Shown: positions 52,590-64,000 of the stretch, piece after piece
Position numbering within the stretch: the stretch's first letter is position 1
How the letters are laid out: every line of letters starts with the position of its first letter
NCBI GenBank assembly: GCA_040954595.2
Contig: CM082590.2
Coordinates: 372,001 to 436,000 of the forward strand
Direction of reading: 5' to 3'
From: Balanoglossus misakiensis
Taxonomy: Eukaryota; Animalia; Hemichordata
Length of the DNA stretch: 64,000 nt
Made by a program: the position numbers and the translations under genes
The notes under the pieces: model-generated
Told to the model about the DNA's origin: nothing
Seen by the model: only the letters and a program-made list of their open reading frames with translations
Databases searched by the model: none

Positions 52590-55290
52590 ATACTGAAGTC
52601 AAATGATGCGCCGCCCCTCCGAAAAGAATGGCCTGAATACTGCTTCCAGCACAAGGCTAAGTAACTGCACAAATTTGCCATGTGTTAGACACTGGAGGCC
52701 ACAAGTTATACCAGTCGTACAATACATGAAAAGGGGATCACCCGGTTTTGCTGAGCTTGTGTGGGACAACATAGAATGTAAAGCTGCTACTGGGCAGAGG
52801 GGGGAGCCGGGAACCCCGGGGGTGGGTATCTGGAGGACCCGTTGGCCAAACTGAATTGTTTGTGAGTGCCTAGGCTGATGGTTAGTACAGCGCCTTCTGG
52901 GGTAAAACTCACATCTTCCTTACACAATGATTTCCTACGCACATGATGAACTGCAGACTTGTTTAGAAGGGTGGATTTTCTGGCAAATGTAACAAATGCA
53001 ACAATACAAGTGCACCAACAAGTATTGTTTATAGGTATGGAAAGATCCAACTGGGCATGAATGGTTCTCAGAATATCAAGCGTGATAGGTAATTTCTGAG
53101 CTGGAAGGCAGCCCTTGGCCCTCTGACCATAGGCTGACTATTTGTGAGCCATCATCTCTTGGTCCAGTAAGTCCATTTGATCCTGCAAAGGCCCTGTAAG
53201 AGCAATTGGTAAGATTCATAGGTCATATTACCAGGGTATCAATCACCCACTTGAGTACCTGCCATTGCAAGTGAAAAAATGCCATTGCGTTGAAATAATG
53301 CTTTATCTCATATCATCTTGACAAAGGGTCAGCCAGATTCTGACCTGATGGTATATAACGAGAGGTTATATAAAAATTTGAGGTTGCCGACAGCCAAAAT
53401 AAACTACGTAACCATGTCATAGCCAACTTATTATGGCTAGTGCCAGAATTGATCATGTACATAGTGGCCATGTTGAATGTATACACAATCACATGTTTGT
53501 TTTTCCAAGATGAATGCCAGAGCTTGCAAGCAATGAAAACAGCAAAGAGTTCTTTTAATGTGATATGACAGTCTGCAATTTCCGGAAAATCTGCCTGCCA
53601 ATTGGTGTAAAACCAGTCTTTTCCAAAGTAACCACCGCCGCTTGTAACACACGCATCAGTAGAAAATTCCTGCATGGGCAACGGATGCTTTTTGATGAAA
53701 AACGCCGTACCATTAAACACTTTGCACAGGTCATTCCACCATCTGATGTCCGCTTTCGCCTGTTGGTTGAGCCGCACATGGTGGTGCTGTTGACACACCG
53801 TGGCCATCAAGTCAATCAATCTGCGTAAAAATGTACGCCCGCCACGTACAACGTTGGCCGCCCAACTAAGTTTGCCAATAAGATGCTGCAATTCACGCTT
53901 ATATGCACGCTTCTTTCCGTCCCACATGGAAAGACATAGCTTCAGATCTGCAAGTTCTTTGTCATCTAACACTAAAAGGGTTTGTTTGGTGCTGTCTATC
54001 TGAATTCCCAAGAATGTTAAACATTGTGTGGGAGTCACAACCTTCTGCTGATTCACCGCAAAGCCCAGTTCCCGCAACAGCTGCAGTAGTGTCTGGAAAG
54101 CCTGTTCACACACAGCTTCACAATCTGATCAGGAAGTCTTCTAAGTACACAATAGTTGCTTTGTAGCCTCGCCTGTGCATCATACGAACCACACTCTAGG
54201 CAATTCTATTGAATATTTCCGGACTTTTTGCTGCTCCAAACGGCAGTCTGGTGTCGACCATGTATGTCCATGTTTCATCGCCCGCAAACTGATATTTCAA
54301 CCCTGTAGCCCTTTGAGAGTCTTTGCTGATTGGTACATGTCTGTAAGCCGATTTCAAGTCAATATTTGCCATGTATGAATTCTTCTTGCACAGTTTGACT
54401 GCCGAGTCGATCAATTCATATTTGAAGGACTCTGTTGTGGCCTTTGAGTTCAAGCCTTTGCCAATTGGCCTGCTGCAATCATGAATGAGTCTGATTTTGC
54501 CTGGTTCTGATTTTTCGATGGTGCCAAGACTACTGATCAACATCGGCTTGCGAGGTGTGACAACATAGTTTCCTTTTGTGATTTCCTCACGCACTTGTCT
54601 TTCTACTGCACTCCTGAGTTTACTTGAAGTGGCGGATTGATAGTTAGTCTGATCGACTGGTGTCAGGGGGCTACCTGGGTCAATAATATCAAACCCATAG
54701 CGCAATCCATGTAAAGTAAAGTCCCTATCCGAATATGCAGAAAGTTCCCGCTCCCACACATCATAACATGTAGTCAGTGGGCTAGAGTCCACATCCTATA
54801 GTTGTGTAGAATTCAAGTGTGGGTCGCCATGTTGGAACTGCAGTGTGGGTGGTCTTTGCCACATCCCTTTTCAATGCAAACGTGTGCGAACCGACATGTT
54901 GCTCAATGGCAACATGCTGCCTTTTGGCAGTCGTAGCGTATTTCTTTGCCGCTGCGATCCTGTTGGCGTGGTCTCTGTTGTTGGCACTTACCCGTCTGTA
55001 CGGGTGGCTGTCGTCTATCCAAGTAATACAGTTTACACAAGAAAAAGTCTACACCGGAGTACATGGCCATATACAGACAGACAGACAGACACACACACAC
55101 ACACACACATAGCGAGAGATCAATGGGCAAACAGTGACTGACCCATAAGCTGCCAATGGCATATGTACTGTACATACACTAAATAGAACAGCTGGCCTCT
55201 TTAAAACTTAGCCAGTTATGTAATCATGCAGGAATTTGCTGCGTATATAAATCACAGGAGGGGAGTTCCTGCCTAATTAAAACAACTCAA
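52590..55290 (-). pseudogene. Second decayed DIRS/Ngaro-type YR retrotransposon (RT, RNase H, YR fragments)
   Basis: IRLIHDCSRP, IDLKSAYRHVP, RLPFGAAKSPEIF, VYLEDFL (YLDD mutated), LTFLGI, STDAC, ITLKELFA, YIPSGQNLADPLSR; YR remnant WCTCIVAFVTFARKS. Confidence 0.85.
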
Positions 55291-56215
55291 TAAAGTAAAT
55301 ACACACCACTTTGCAAAGCAATCTGACCAGTAGTTCTTGAGTTACTGAGTTTTGCCCAAATTTACATTTTTCTAATTTGCATATTTTTGGCAATGACAAC
55401 TTCATTTTAACAAACTCCCATCTACAGCCCAGCCTGCATCAGCACACCAAATATCAAGGTGATACACGCAGCGGTATTTAAGTTTTTGATGTGGACAGAC
55501 TACAGACATACATCCATCCATCCATCCATACAGTATACATACATACACACGCAACCGATCCCATAAGGTCCCATGGTACATACCAATGGGACCCAAAAAC
55601 CCATAAAAAAGTGTACATTTTGTTATGGAAGTTTATTTTATAACCGCTTGCCGCTATGAACACAGACATCTGTGTTCATAATGCGGACGTGTGCCCTGCG
55701 CCCAGACGTAGATGAGGTTTACACGTATGCAAGCAGAAAATCACTTGCGGATTTTGATTTGCACGAGCGGAGTGATCGCTTGCCTCAAAAGGCAAGGTCT
55801 GACATACATCCACGCATACATACATCCATACATACAGACCCAACTGATTCCATAAGGTCCCATGGTATATACAGTAAAAACTGTCAGAACCTTACTCTGA
55901 AGGGACTGAGAAATCTCTGTCCGTTTTTTACAGTGGTCTGGTTTGGAAGGGGTGGGCATGGTCAAAAGTGATCTGATCTGGCCGTGTTTCACACATCAAC
56001 CGTAGATCACATACATGTGTGTAAGACAATGCAATGAATTCAGCTCTTCCAGCTAGTGGCCGCATTTCCTCTGTGGTCGCTGGGGATGCAAAGAATGCAT
56101 ATATGCCTCTATACCTAATTTGAATATTTTGAATGGGTTATGCTTACAAATTGATACATTTTAGGTCTGCCTAACTGGAACATGTCAAGTGTACATGTTG
56201 TTATGGAAGTTTATT

Positions 56216-59200
56216 GGGGGCACAAGCGCCCTCAGGCGGCTTGTGCCCCCATTGGTATTGTTGGAATTCTTAGGGCCCAAGCCAAGCCAGGCTTGGGCCC
56301 TATTGGTTTCGTTGGTATTTTTCAGTCTTTCTTTCTTTATTACGGGCCCAAGCCAAGCCAGGCTTGGGCCCATATTGGTTTCGTTGGAATTTTTAGGGCC
56401 CAAGCGCATACCAGCGCTTGGGCCCTATTGGTTTCGTTGGGGTTTTTCTTTCTTCTTTCTTTCTTTCTTTATTCTTGTGTCAATTCTTTGTCGCTCTAGA
56501 TCTCATCTCAGACACCGCTGCAGGTACACTTCTGAAACTTGCTACAGTGGTCAAGGTCAATGAGTAGTCGTGCATTGAACCTGTGAATTTTTAATTAGTC
56601 ACGTGACCTGGCGGCCATATTGGATTTTCTGAAAAAATGCAAATCTCAGATCTCAGAAACTACAAGTCAGATCGACTTCAAATTTGGTGTGCAGGTAGTC
56701 TACCTTCTACCCATCATTTTTGTAATTGGATATTTTGCTGTAAATGTTTTTTTGCTACAATTTTTTTTCTGAAATCTGGCTTAAATTTCAAAAATCTTCT
56801 TCTCAAGAACCGGTGATAACTGAGTCACGCGGTTTGGGGTATGTGGTCACCTAACTGATGTCTATCAAGTTTGCGAAGATCATTGTGATTGGTCGAAGAT
56901 TATGGCGGCCATATTGGATTTTCGAAAAACCATAGTAAAACTTCAAAAATCTTCTTCTCAAGAACGGTCGATAACCGAGTCACAAGATTTGGTGTGTGTG
57001 GTCATTAAACAGGTGTCTATCAAGTTTGCGAAGGGGAATGTGATTGGTCGAAGATTATGGCGGCCATATTGGATTTTGTGAAAAACGATTAAAAAGTAAA
57101 AATTCCTTTTCTAGCCTAAAAATTGATAGCACAGAAATTCTTTTTATGGATATGAATCATCATATGACAAGAATAAGCTATAAATATTTTGGTAATTTTG
57201 GCAATGACCTTTGACCTACTTTTGACGCATCATTTTTCTGCATATCTAATTCCAGGCTAACCAATAGGGCTATAAGTTTGGTTTTTGATGTATGTGGATT
57301 TGTATGTGATCAAAAAATGTTGCTACTTTTCATGACCCCTTTGACCTCTGGTGACCTCATTAAATATGCGCATACCTAATTAATGATGAACCAATAGACC
57401 TAGAGGTTTTGTTTTTGTTATACATGGACCAGTATGGGGTCAAAATATTTTGCCCAAATGTTGGGTGACCTCGGGTGACCTTTGACCTACTTTTGCATAT
57501 CTCGACATCCACAGCAGATACAACCTTGGCGTTTGGAGGTATGGGGCCATAATGAAAAGCCAAAGTTTTGGGTCACCTTTGACACCTGCTTAACTCATTA
57601 TTTATGTGCATACCTAATTCCGGGCTAACCAAAAGGGCTAGAGGTCTGGTTTTTGTTGGACATGGACCACTATGGATCAAAATTTTCTGCCCAAATTGTG
57701 GGTGACCTCTGGGTGACCTTTGACCTACTTAACACTATATCAACACCAAACATAGATATAACCTTGATATTTCATGGGATAAAACGCAGCATTATGTTTC
57801 TACTCATTAATTATGTGCATATCTAATAATCTGATCAGATAATAGAGCTTGGGCCCGGACAATGCTGCTTGCAGCTTTAATACTTTCTTTCTTTCTTTCT
57901 TTCTTTATTCTTGTGTCAATTCTTTGACCCACGAGATCTCAGACACCGCTGCAGGTACACTTCTGAAACTTGCTACAGTGGTCAAGGTCAATGAGTAGTC
58001 GTGCATTGAACCCTTGAATTTTTAATTAGTCACGTGACCTGGCGGCCATCTTGGATTTTCTGAAAAAATGCAAATCTCAGATCTCAGAAACTACAAGTCA
58101 GATCGACTTCAAATTTGGCATGCTGGTAGACTACCTTCTGCCCATCATTTTTGTAATTGGAAATTATGCTGACAAAGTTGCAGTTTTTTGCTACAATTTT
58201 TTTTTCTGAAATCTGTTTTAAATTTCAAAAATCTTCTTCTCCAGAACCGGTGATAACCGAGACACAGGGTTTGGTGTATGTGGTCACCTAACTAATGTCT
58301 ATCAAGTTTGCGAAGATCATTGTGATTGGTCGGAGATTTTGGCGGCCATATTGGATTTTTGAAAAACCCTAGTAAAACTTCAAAAATCTTCTTCTCAAGA
58401 ACCGGCGATAACCGAGTCACAAGATTTGGTGTGTGTGGTCATTAAACAGATGTCTATCAAGTTTGCGAAGAGGAATGTGATTGGTCGAAGATTATGGCGG
58501 CCATATTGGATTTTGTGAAAAACGATTGAAAAGTAAAAATTCCCTTTCTAGCCTAAAAATTGATAGCACAGAAATTCTTTTTATGTATATGAATCATCAT
58601 ATGACTACAATAAGCTATAAATATTTTGATAATTTTGGCAATGACCTTTGACCTACTTTTGACGCATCATTTTTCTGCATATCTAATTCCAGGCTAACCA
58701 ATAGGGCTATAAGTTTGGTTTTTGATGTATGTGGATTAGTGTGTGATCAAATATTTTGCTACTTTTCACGACCCCTTTGACCCCTGCTGACCTCATTAAT
58801 TATGTGCATAGCTAATTACAGGCGAACCAATAGACCTAGAGGTTTTGTTTTTGTTGGACAGGACAAGTATGGGGTCAATTTTTTTTACCCAAATGTTGGG
58901 TGACCTCTGGTGACCTTTGACCTACTTTTGCAAATCTCAGCATCCACAGCAGATACAACCTTGGCGTTTGGAGGTATGGGGCCATAATGAAAAGCCAAAG
59001 TTTTGGGTCACCTTTGACACCTGCTTAACTCATTATTTATGTGCATACCTAATTCCGGGCTAACCAAAAGGGCTAGAGGTCTGGTTTTTGTTGGACATGG
59101 ACCACTATGGATCAAAATTTTCTGCCCAAATTGTGGGTGACCTCTGGGTGACCTTTGACCTACTTAACACTATATCAACACCAAACATAGATATAACCTT

Positions 59201-62200
59201 GATATTTCATGGGATAAAACGCAGCATTATGTTTCTACTCATTAATTATGTGCATATCTAATAATCTGATCAGATAATAGAGCTTGGGCCCGGACAATGC
59301 TGCTTGCAGCTTTAATACTTTCTTTCTTTCTTTATTCTTGTGTCAATTCTTTGACCCACGAGATCTCAGACACCGCTGCAGGTACACTTCTGAAACTTGC
59401 TACAGTGGTCAAGGTCAATGAGTAGTCGTGCATTGAACCCTTGAATTTTTAATTAGTCACGTGACCTGGCGGCCATCTTGGATTTTCTGAAAAAATGCAA
59501 ATCTCAGATCTCAGAAACTACAAGTCAGATCGACTTCAAATTTGGCATGCTGGTAGACTACCTTCTGCCCATCATTTTTGTAATTGGAAATTATGCTGAC
59601 AAAGTTGCAGTTTTTTGCTACAATTTTTTTTTCTGAAATCTGTTTTAAATTTCAAAAATCTTCTTCTCCAGAACCGGTGATAACCGAGACACAGGGTTTG
59701 GTGTATGTGGTCACCTAACTAATGTCTATCAAGTTTGCGAAGATCATTGTGATTGGTCGGAGATTTTGGCGGCCATATTGGATTTTTGAAAAACCCTAGT
59801 AAAACTTCAAAAATCTTCTTCTCAAGAACCGGCGATAACCGAGTCACAAGATTTGGTGTGTGTGGTCATTAAACAGATGTCTATCAAGTTTGCGAAGAGG
59901 AATGTGATTGGTCGAAGATTATGGCGGCCATATTGGATTTTGTGAAAAACGATTGAAAAGTAAAAATTCCCTTTCTAGCCTAAAAATTGATAGCACAGAA
60001 ATTCTTTTTATGTATATGAATCATCATATGACTACAATAAGCTATAAATATTTTGATAATTTTGGCAATGACCTTTGACCTACTTTTGACGCATCATTTT
60101 TCTGCATATCTAATTCCAGGCTAACCAATAGGGCTATAAGTTTGGTTTTTGATGTATGTGGATTAGTGTGTGATCAAATATTTTGCTACTTTTCACGACC
60201 CCTTTGACCCCTGCTGACCTCATTAATTATGTGCATAGCTAATTACAGGCGAACCAATAGACCTAGAGGTTTTGTTTTTGTTGGACAGGACAAGTATGGG
60301 GTCAAATTTTTTTACCCAAATGTTGGGTGACCTCTGGTGACCTTAGACCTACTTTCGCAAATCTCAGCATCCACAGCAGATACAGCCTTGGCGTTTGGAG
60401 GTATGGGGCCATAATGAAAAGCCAAAGTTTTTGGTCACCTGTGACACCTGCTTAACTCATTATTTATGTGCATACCTAATTCCGGGCTAACCAAAAGGGC
60501 TAGAGGTCTGGTTTTTGTTGGACATGGACCACTATGGGTCAAAATTTTCTGCCCAAATTGTGGGTGACCTCTGGGTGACCTTTGACCTACTTAACACTAT
60601 ATCAGCACTAAACATAGATATAATCTTGATATTTCATGGGATAAAACACAGCATTATGTTTCTACTCATTAATTATGTGCATATCTAATAATCAGATCAG
60701 TTAATAGAGCTTGGGCCCGGACAATGCTGCTTGCAGCTTTAATTAGGGCCCAAGCCAAGCCAGGCTTGGGCCCTATTGGTTTCGTTGGTATTTTTCAGTC
60801 TTTCTTTCTTTCTTTCTTTCTTTCTTTATTCTTATGTCAATTCTTTGTCGCTCTAGATACCAGACACCACTGCAGGTACAGTTTTCAAACTTGCTACAGT
60901 GGTCAAGGTCAATAAGTAGTCGTGCATTGAACCCATGAATTTTTAATTAGTCACGTGACATGGCGGCCATATTGGATTTTCTGAAAAAATGCAAATCTCA
61001 GATCTCAGAAACTACAAGTCAGATCGACTTCAAATTTGGCGTGCAGGTAGACTACCTTCTGTCAATCATTTTTGTAATTGGAAATTATGCTGACAAAGTT
61101 GCAGTTTTTTTGCTACAATTTTTTTTCTGAAATCTGGCTTAAATTTCAAAAATCTTCTTCTCCAGAACCAGTGATAACCGAGACACGGGGTTTGCGGTAT
61201 GTGGTCAACTAACTGATGTCTATCAAGTTTGCGAAGATCATTGTGATTGGTCAAAGATTACGGCGGCCATATTGGATTTTCGAAAAACCCTAGTAAAATT
61301 TCAAAAATCTTCTTCTCAAGAACCGGCGATAACCGAGTCACAAGATTTGGTGTGTGTGGTCATTAAACAGATGTCTAACAAGTTTGTGAAGGGGAATGTG
61401 ATTGGTCGAAGATTATGGCGGCCATATTGGATTTTGAGAAAAACGATTAAAAAGAAAAAATTCCCTTTGTAGCCTAAAAATTAATAGCACAGAAATTATT
61501 TTTATGGATATGAATCATCATATGCCAAGAATAAGCTATAAATATTTTGGTAATTTTGGCAATGACCTTTGACCTACTTTTGACGCATCATTTTTCTGCA
61601 TATCTAATTCCAGGCTAACCAATAGGGCTATACGTTTGGTTTTTGATGTATGTGGATTTGTATGTGATCAAAAAATGTTGCTACTTTTCATGACCCCTTT
61701 GACCTCTGCTGACCTCATTAAATATGCACATACCTAATTACAGGTGAACCAATAGACCTAGAGGTTTTGTTTTTGTTATTCATGGACCAGTATGGGGTAA
61801 AACTATTTTGCCCAAATGTTGGGTGACCTCGGGTGACCTTTGACCTACTTTTGCATATCTTGACATCCACAGCAGATACAGCCTTGGCGTTTAGAGGTAT
61901 GGGGCCATTATGAAAAGCCAAAGTTTTGGGTCACCTGTGACACCTGCTTAACTCATTATTTATGTGTATACCTAATTCTGGGCTAACCAAAAGGGCTAGA
62001 GATCTGGTTTTTGTTGGACATGGACCACTATAGGTCACAATTTTCTGCCCAAATTGTGGGTGACCTCTGGGTGACCTTTGACCTACTTAACACTATATCA
62101 ACACCAATAATAGATATAACCTTGATATTTTATGGGGTAAAACACAGCAATATGTTTCTACTCATTAATTATGTGCATATCTAATAATCAGATCAGATAA

Positions 62201-64000
62201 TAGAGCTTGGGCCCGGACAATGCTGCTTGCAGCTTTAATTCTTTCTTTCTTTCTTTATTCTTGTGTCAATTCTTTGACCCACGAGATCTCAGACACCGCT
62301 GCAGGTACACTTCTGAAACTTGCTACAGTGGTCAAGGTCAATGAGTAGTCGTGCATTGAACCCTTGAATTTTTAATTAGTCACATGACCTGGCGGCCATC
62401 TTGGATTTTCTGAAAAAATGCAAATCAAGGATCTCAGAAACTACAAGTCAGATTGACTTCAAATTTGGCATGCTGGTAGACTACCTTCTGGCAATCATTT
62501 TTGTTATTGGAAATTATACTGACAAAGTTGCAATTTTTTGCTACAATTTTTTTTCTGAAATCTGGCTTAAATTTTAAAAATCTTCTTCTCCAGAACCGGT
62601 GATAACCGAGTCATGCGGTTTGGGGTATGTGGTCACCTAACTGATGTCTATCAAGTTTGCGAAGATCATTGTGATTGGTTGAAGATTATGGCGGCCATAT
62701 TGGATATTCGAAAAACCATAGTAAAATTTCAAAAATCTTCTTCTCAAGAACCGGCGATAACTGAGTCACAAGATTTGGTGTGTGTGGTCATTAAACAGAT
62801 GTCTATCAAGTTTGCGAAGAGGAATGTGATTGGTCGAAGATTATGGCGGCCATATTGGATTTTGTGAAAAACGATTAAAAAGTAAAAATTCCCTTTCTAG
62901 CCTAAAAATTGATAGCACAGAAATTCTTTTACGGATATGAATCATCATATGCCAAGAATAAGCTATAAATATTTTGGTAATTTTGGCAATGACCTTTGAC
63001 CTACTTTTGACACATGATTTTTCTGCATATCTAATTCCAGGCTAACCAATAGGGTATAAGTTTGGTTTTTGATGTATGTGGATTTGTATGTGATCCAAAA
63101 ATTTTGCTATTTTTCATGACCCCTTTGACCTCTGGTGACCTCATTAAATATGCACATACCTAATTACAGATGAACCAATAGACCTAGAAGTTTTGTTTTT
63201 GTTATACATGGACCAGTATGGGGTCAAAATATTTTGCCCAAATGTTGGGTGACCTCGGGTGACCTTTGACCTACTTTTGCATATCTTGACATCCACAGCA
63301 GATACAGCCTTGGCGTTTGGAGGTATGGGGCCAGAATGAAAAGCCAAAGTTTTGGGTCACCTGTGACACCTGCTTAACTCATTAATTATGTGCATACCTA
63401 ATTCTAGGCTAACCAAAAGGGCTAGAGGTCTGTTTTTTGTTGGACATGGACCACTATGGGTCAAAATTTTCTGCCCAAATTTTGGATGACCTCAGATGAC
63501 CTTTGACGTACTTTTGCATATCTCGGCATCCAAAGCAGGTACAGCCTTGGCATTTGGAGGTATGGGGCCATAATGAAAAGCCAAAGTTTTGGGTCACCTG
63601 TGACACCTGCTTTACGCATTATTTATGTGCATACCTAATTCCAGGCTAACAAAAAGGGCTAGAGGTCTGGTTTTTGTTGGACATGGAACACTATGGGTCT
63701 GCCCAAATGTTGGGTGACCTCTGGGTGACCTTTGACCTACTTAACACTTTAACAGCACCAAACATACATATAACCTTGATATTTCATGGGATAAAACAGC
63801 ATTATGTTTCTACTCATTAATTATGTGCATATCTAATATCAGATCAGATAATAGAGCTTGGGCCTGGACAATGCTGCTTGCAGCTTTAATTCTTATGTCA
63901 ATTCTTTGTCGCTCTAGATCTCAGACACTGCTGCAGGTACACTTCTCAAACTTGCTACAGTGGTCAAGGTCAATGAGTAGTCGTGCATTGAACCCTTGAA
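56216..64000 (+). repeat. Tandem array of ~1.44-1.65-kb HINE-like units preceded by a stack of four 5' hairpins; runs off the window
   Basis: Unit 3' ends GAGCTTGGGCC(C/T)GGACAATGCTGCTTGCAGCTTTAA at ~57880, 59315, 60742, 62238 and 63889; hairpins at 56216-56427 and 60744-60775. Confidence 0.9.

Noticed and set aside
56182-63347. Recurrent short ORFs in the HINE arrays (e.g. MAFHYGPIPPNAK...)
   Set aside because: They are chance frames in repeated non-coding sequence, interrupted in other copies, with no Rep/helicase motifs.

Overview
AT-rich (my estimate) eukaryotic, probably marine-invertebrate, genomic DNA that is almost entirely transposon-derived. No prokaryotic genes, rRNA, tRNA or true CRISPR array were seen. 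The dominant component is a set of non-autonomous Helentron/DINE-1-like (HINE) elements. Their layout is a 5' subTIR hairpin, a microsatellite, internal ~238-bp monomers, then a 3' subTIR and a small stem-loop. They form a head-to-tail and nested cluster (32.1-44.2 kb, minus) and a ~1.44-kb-period tandem array (56.2-64 kb, plus), with stacks of orphan terminal hairpins. Their terminal 'key' sequence co-varies at three positions per element. Also present are two decayed tyrosine-recombinase (DIRS/Ngaro-type) retrotransposons, a decayed Gypsy element split by a THAP-bearing DNA transposon, and a nearly intact single-ORF APE-RT LINE split by a pogo-type MITE. There is an intron-containing piggyBac, an AcademH-like element with a RecQ fragment, L1/Tx1 and L2 remnants, and many MITEs with readable TIRs and TSDs. 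Two probable minus-strand host exons (23720-23926 and 6010-6206) suggest part of the window is intronic. Family names rest on motif recognition by eye, not on database searches.
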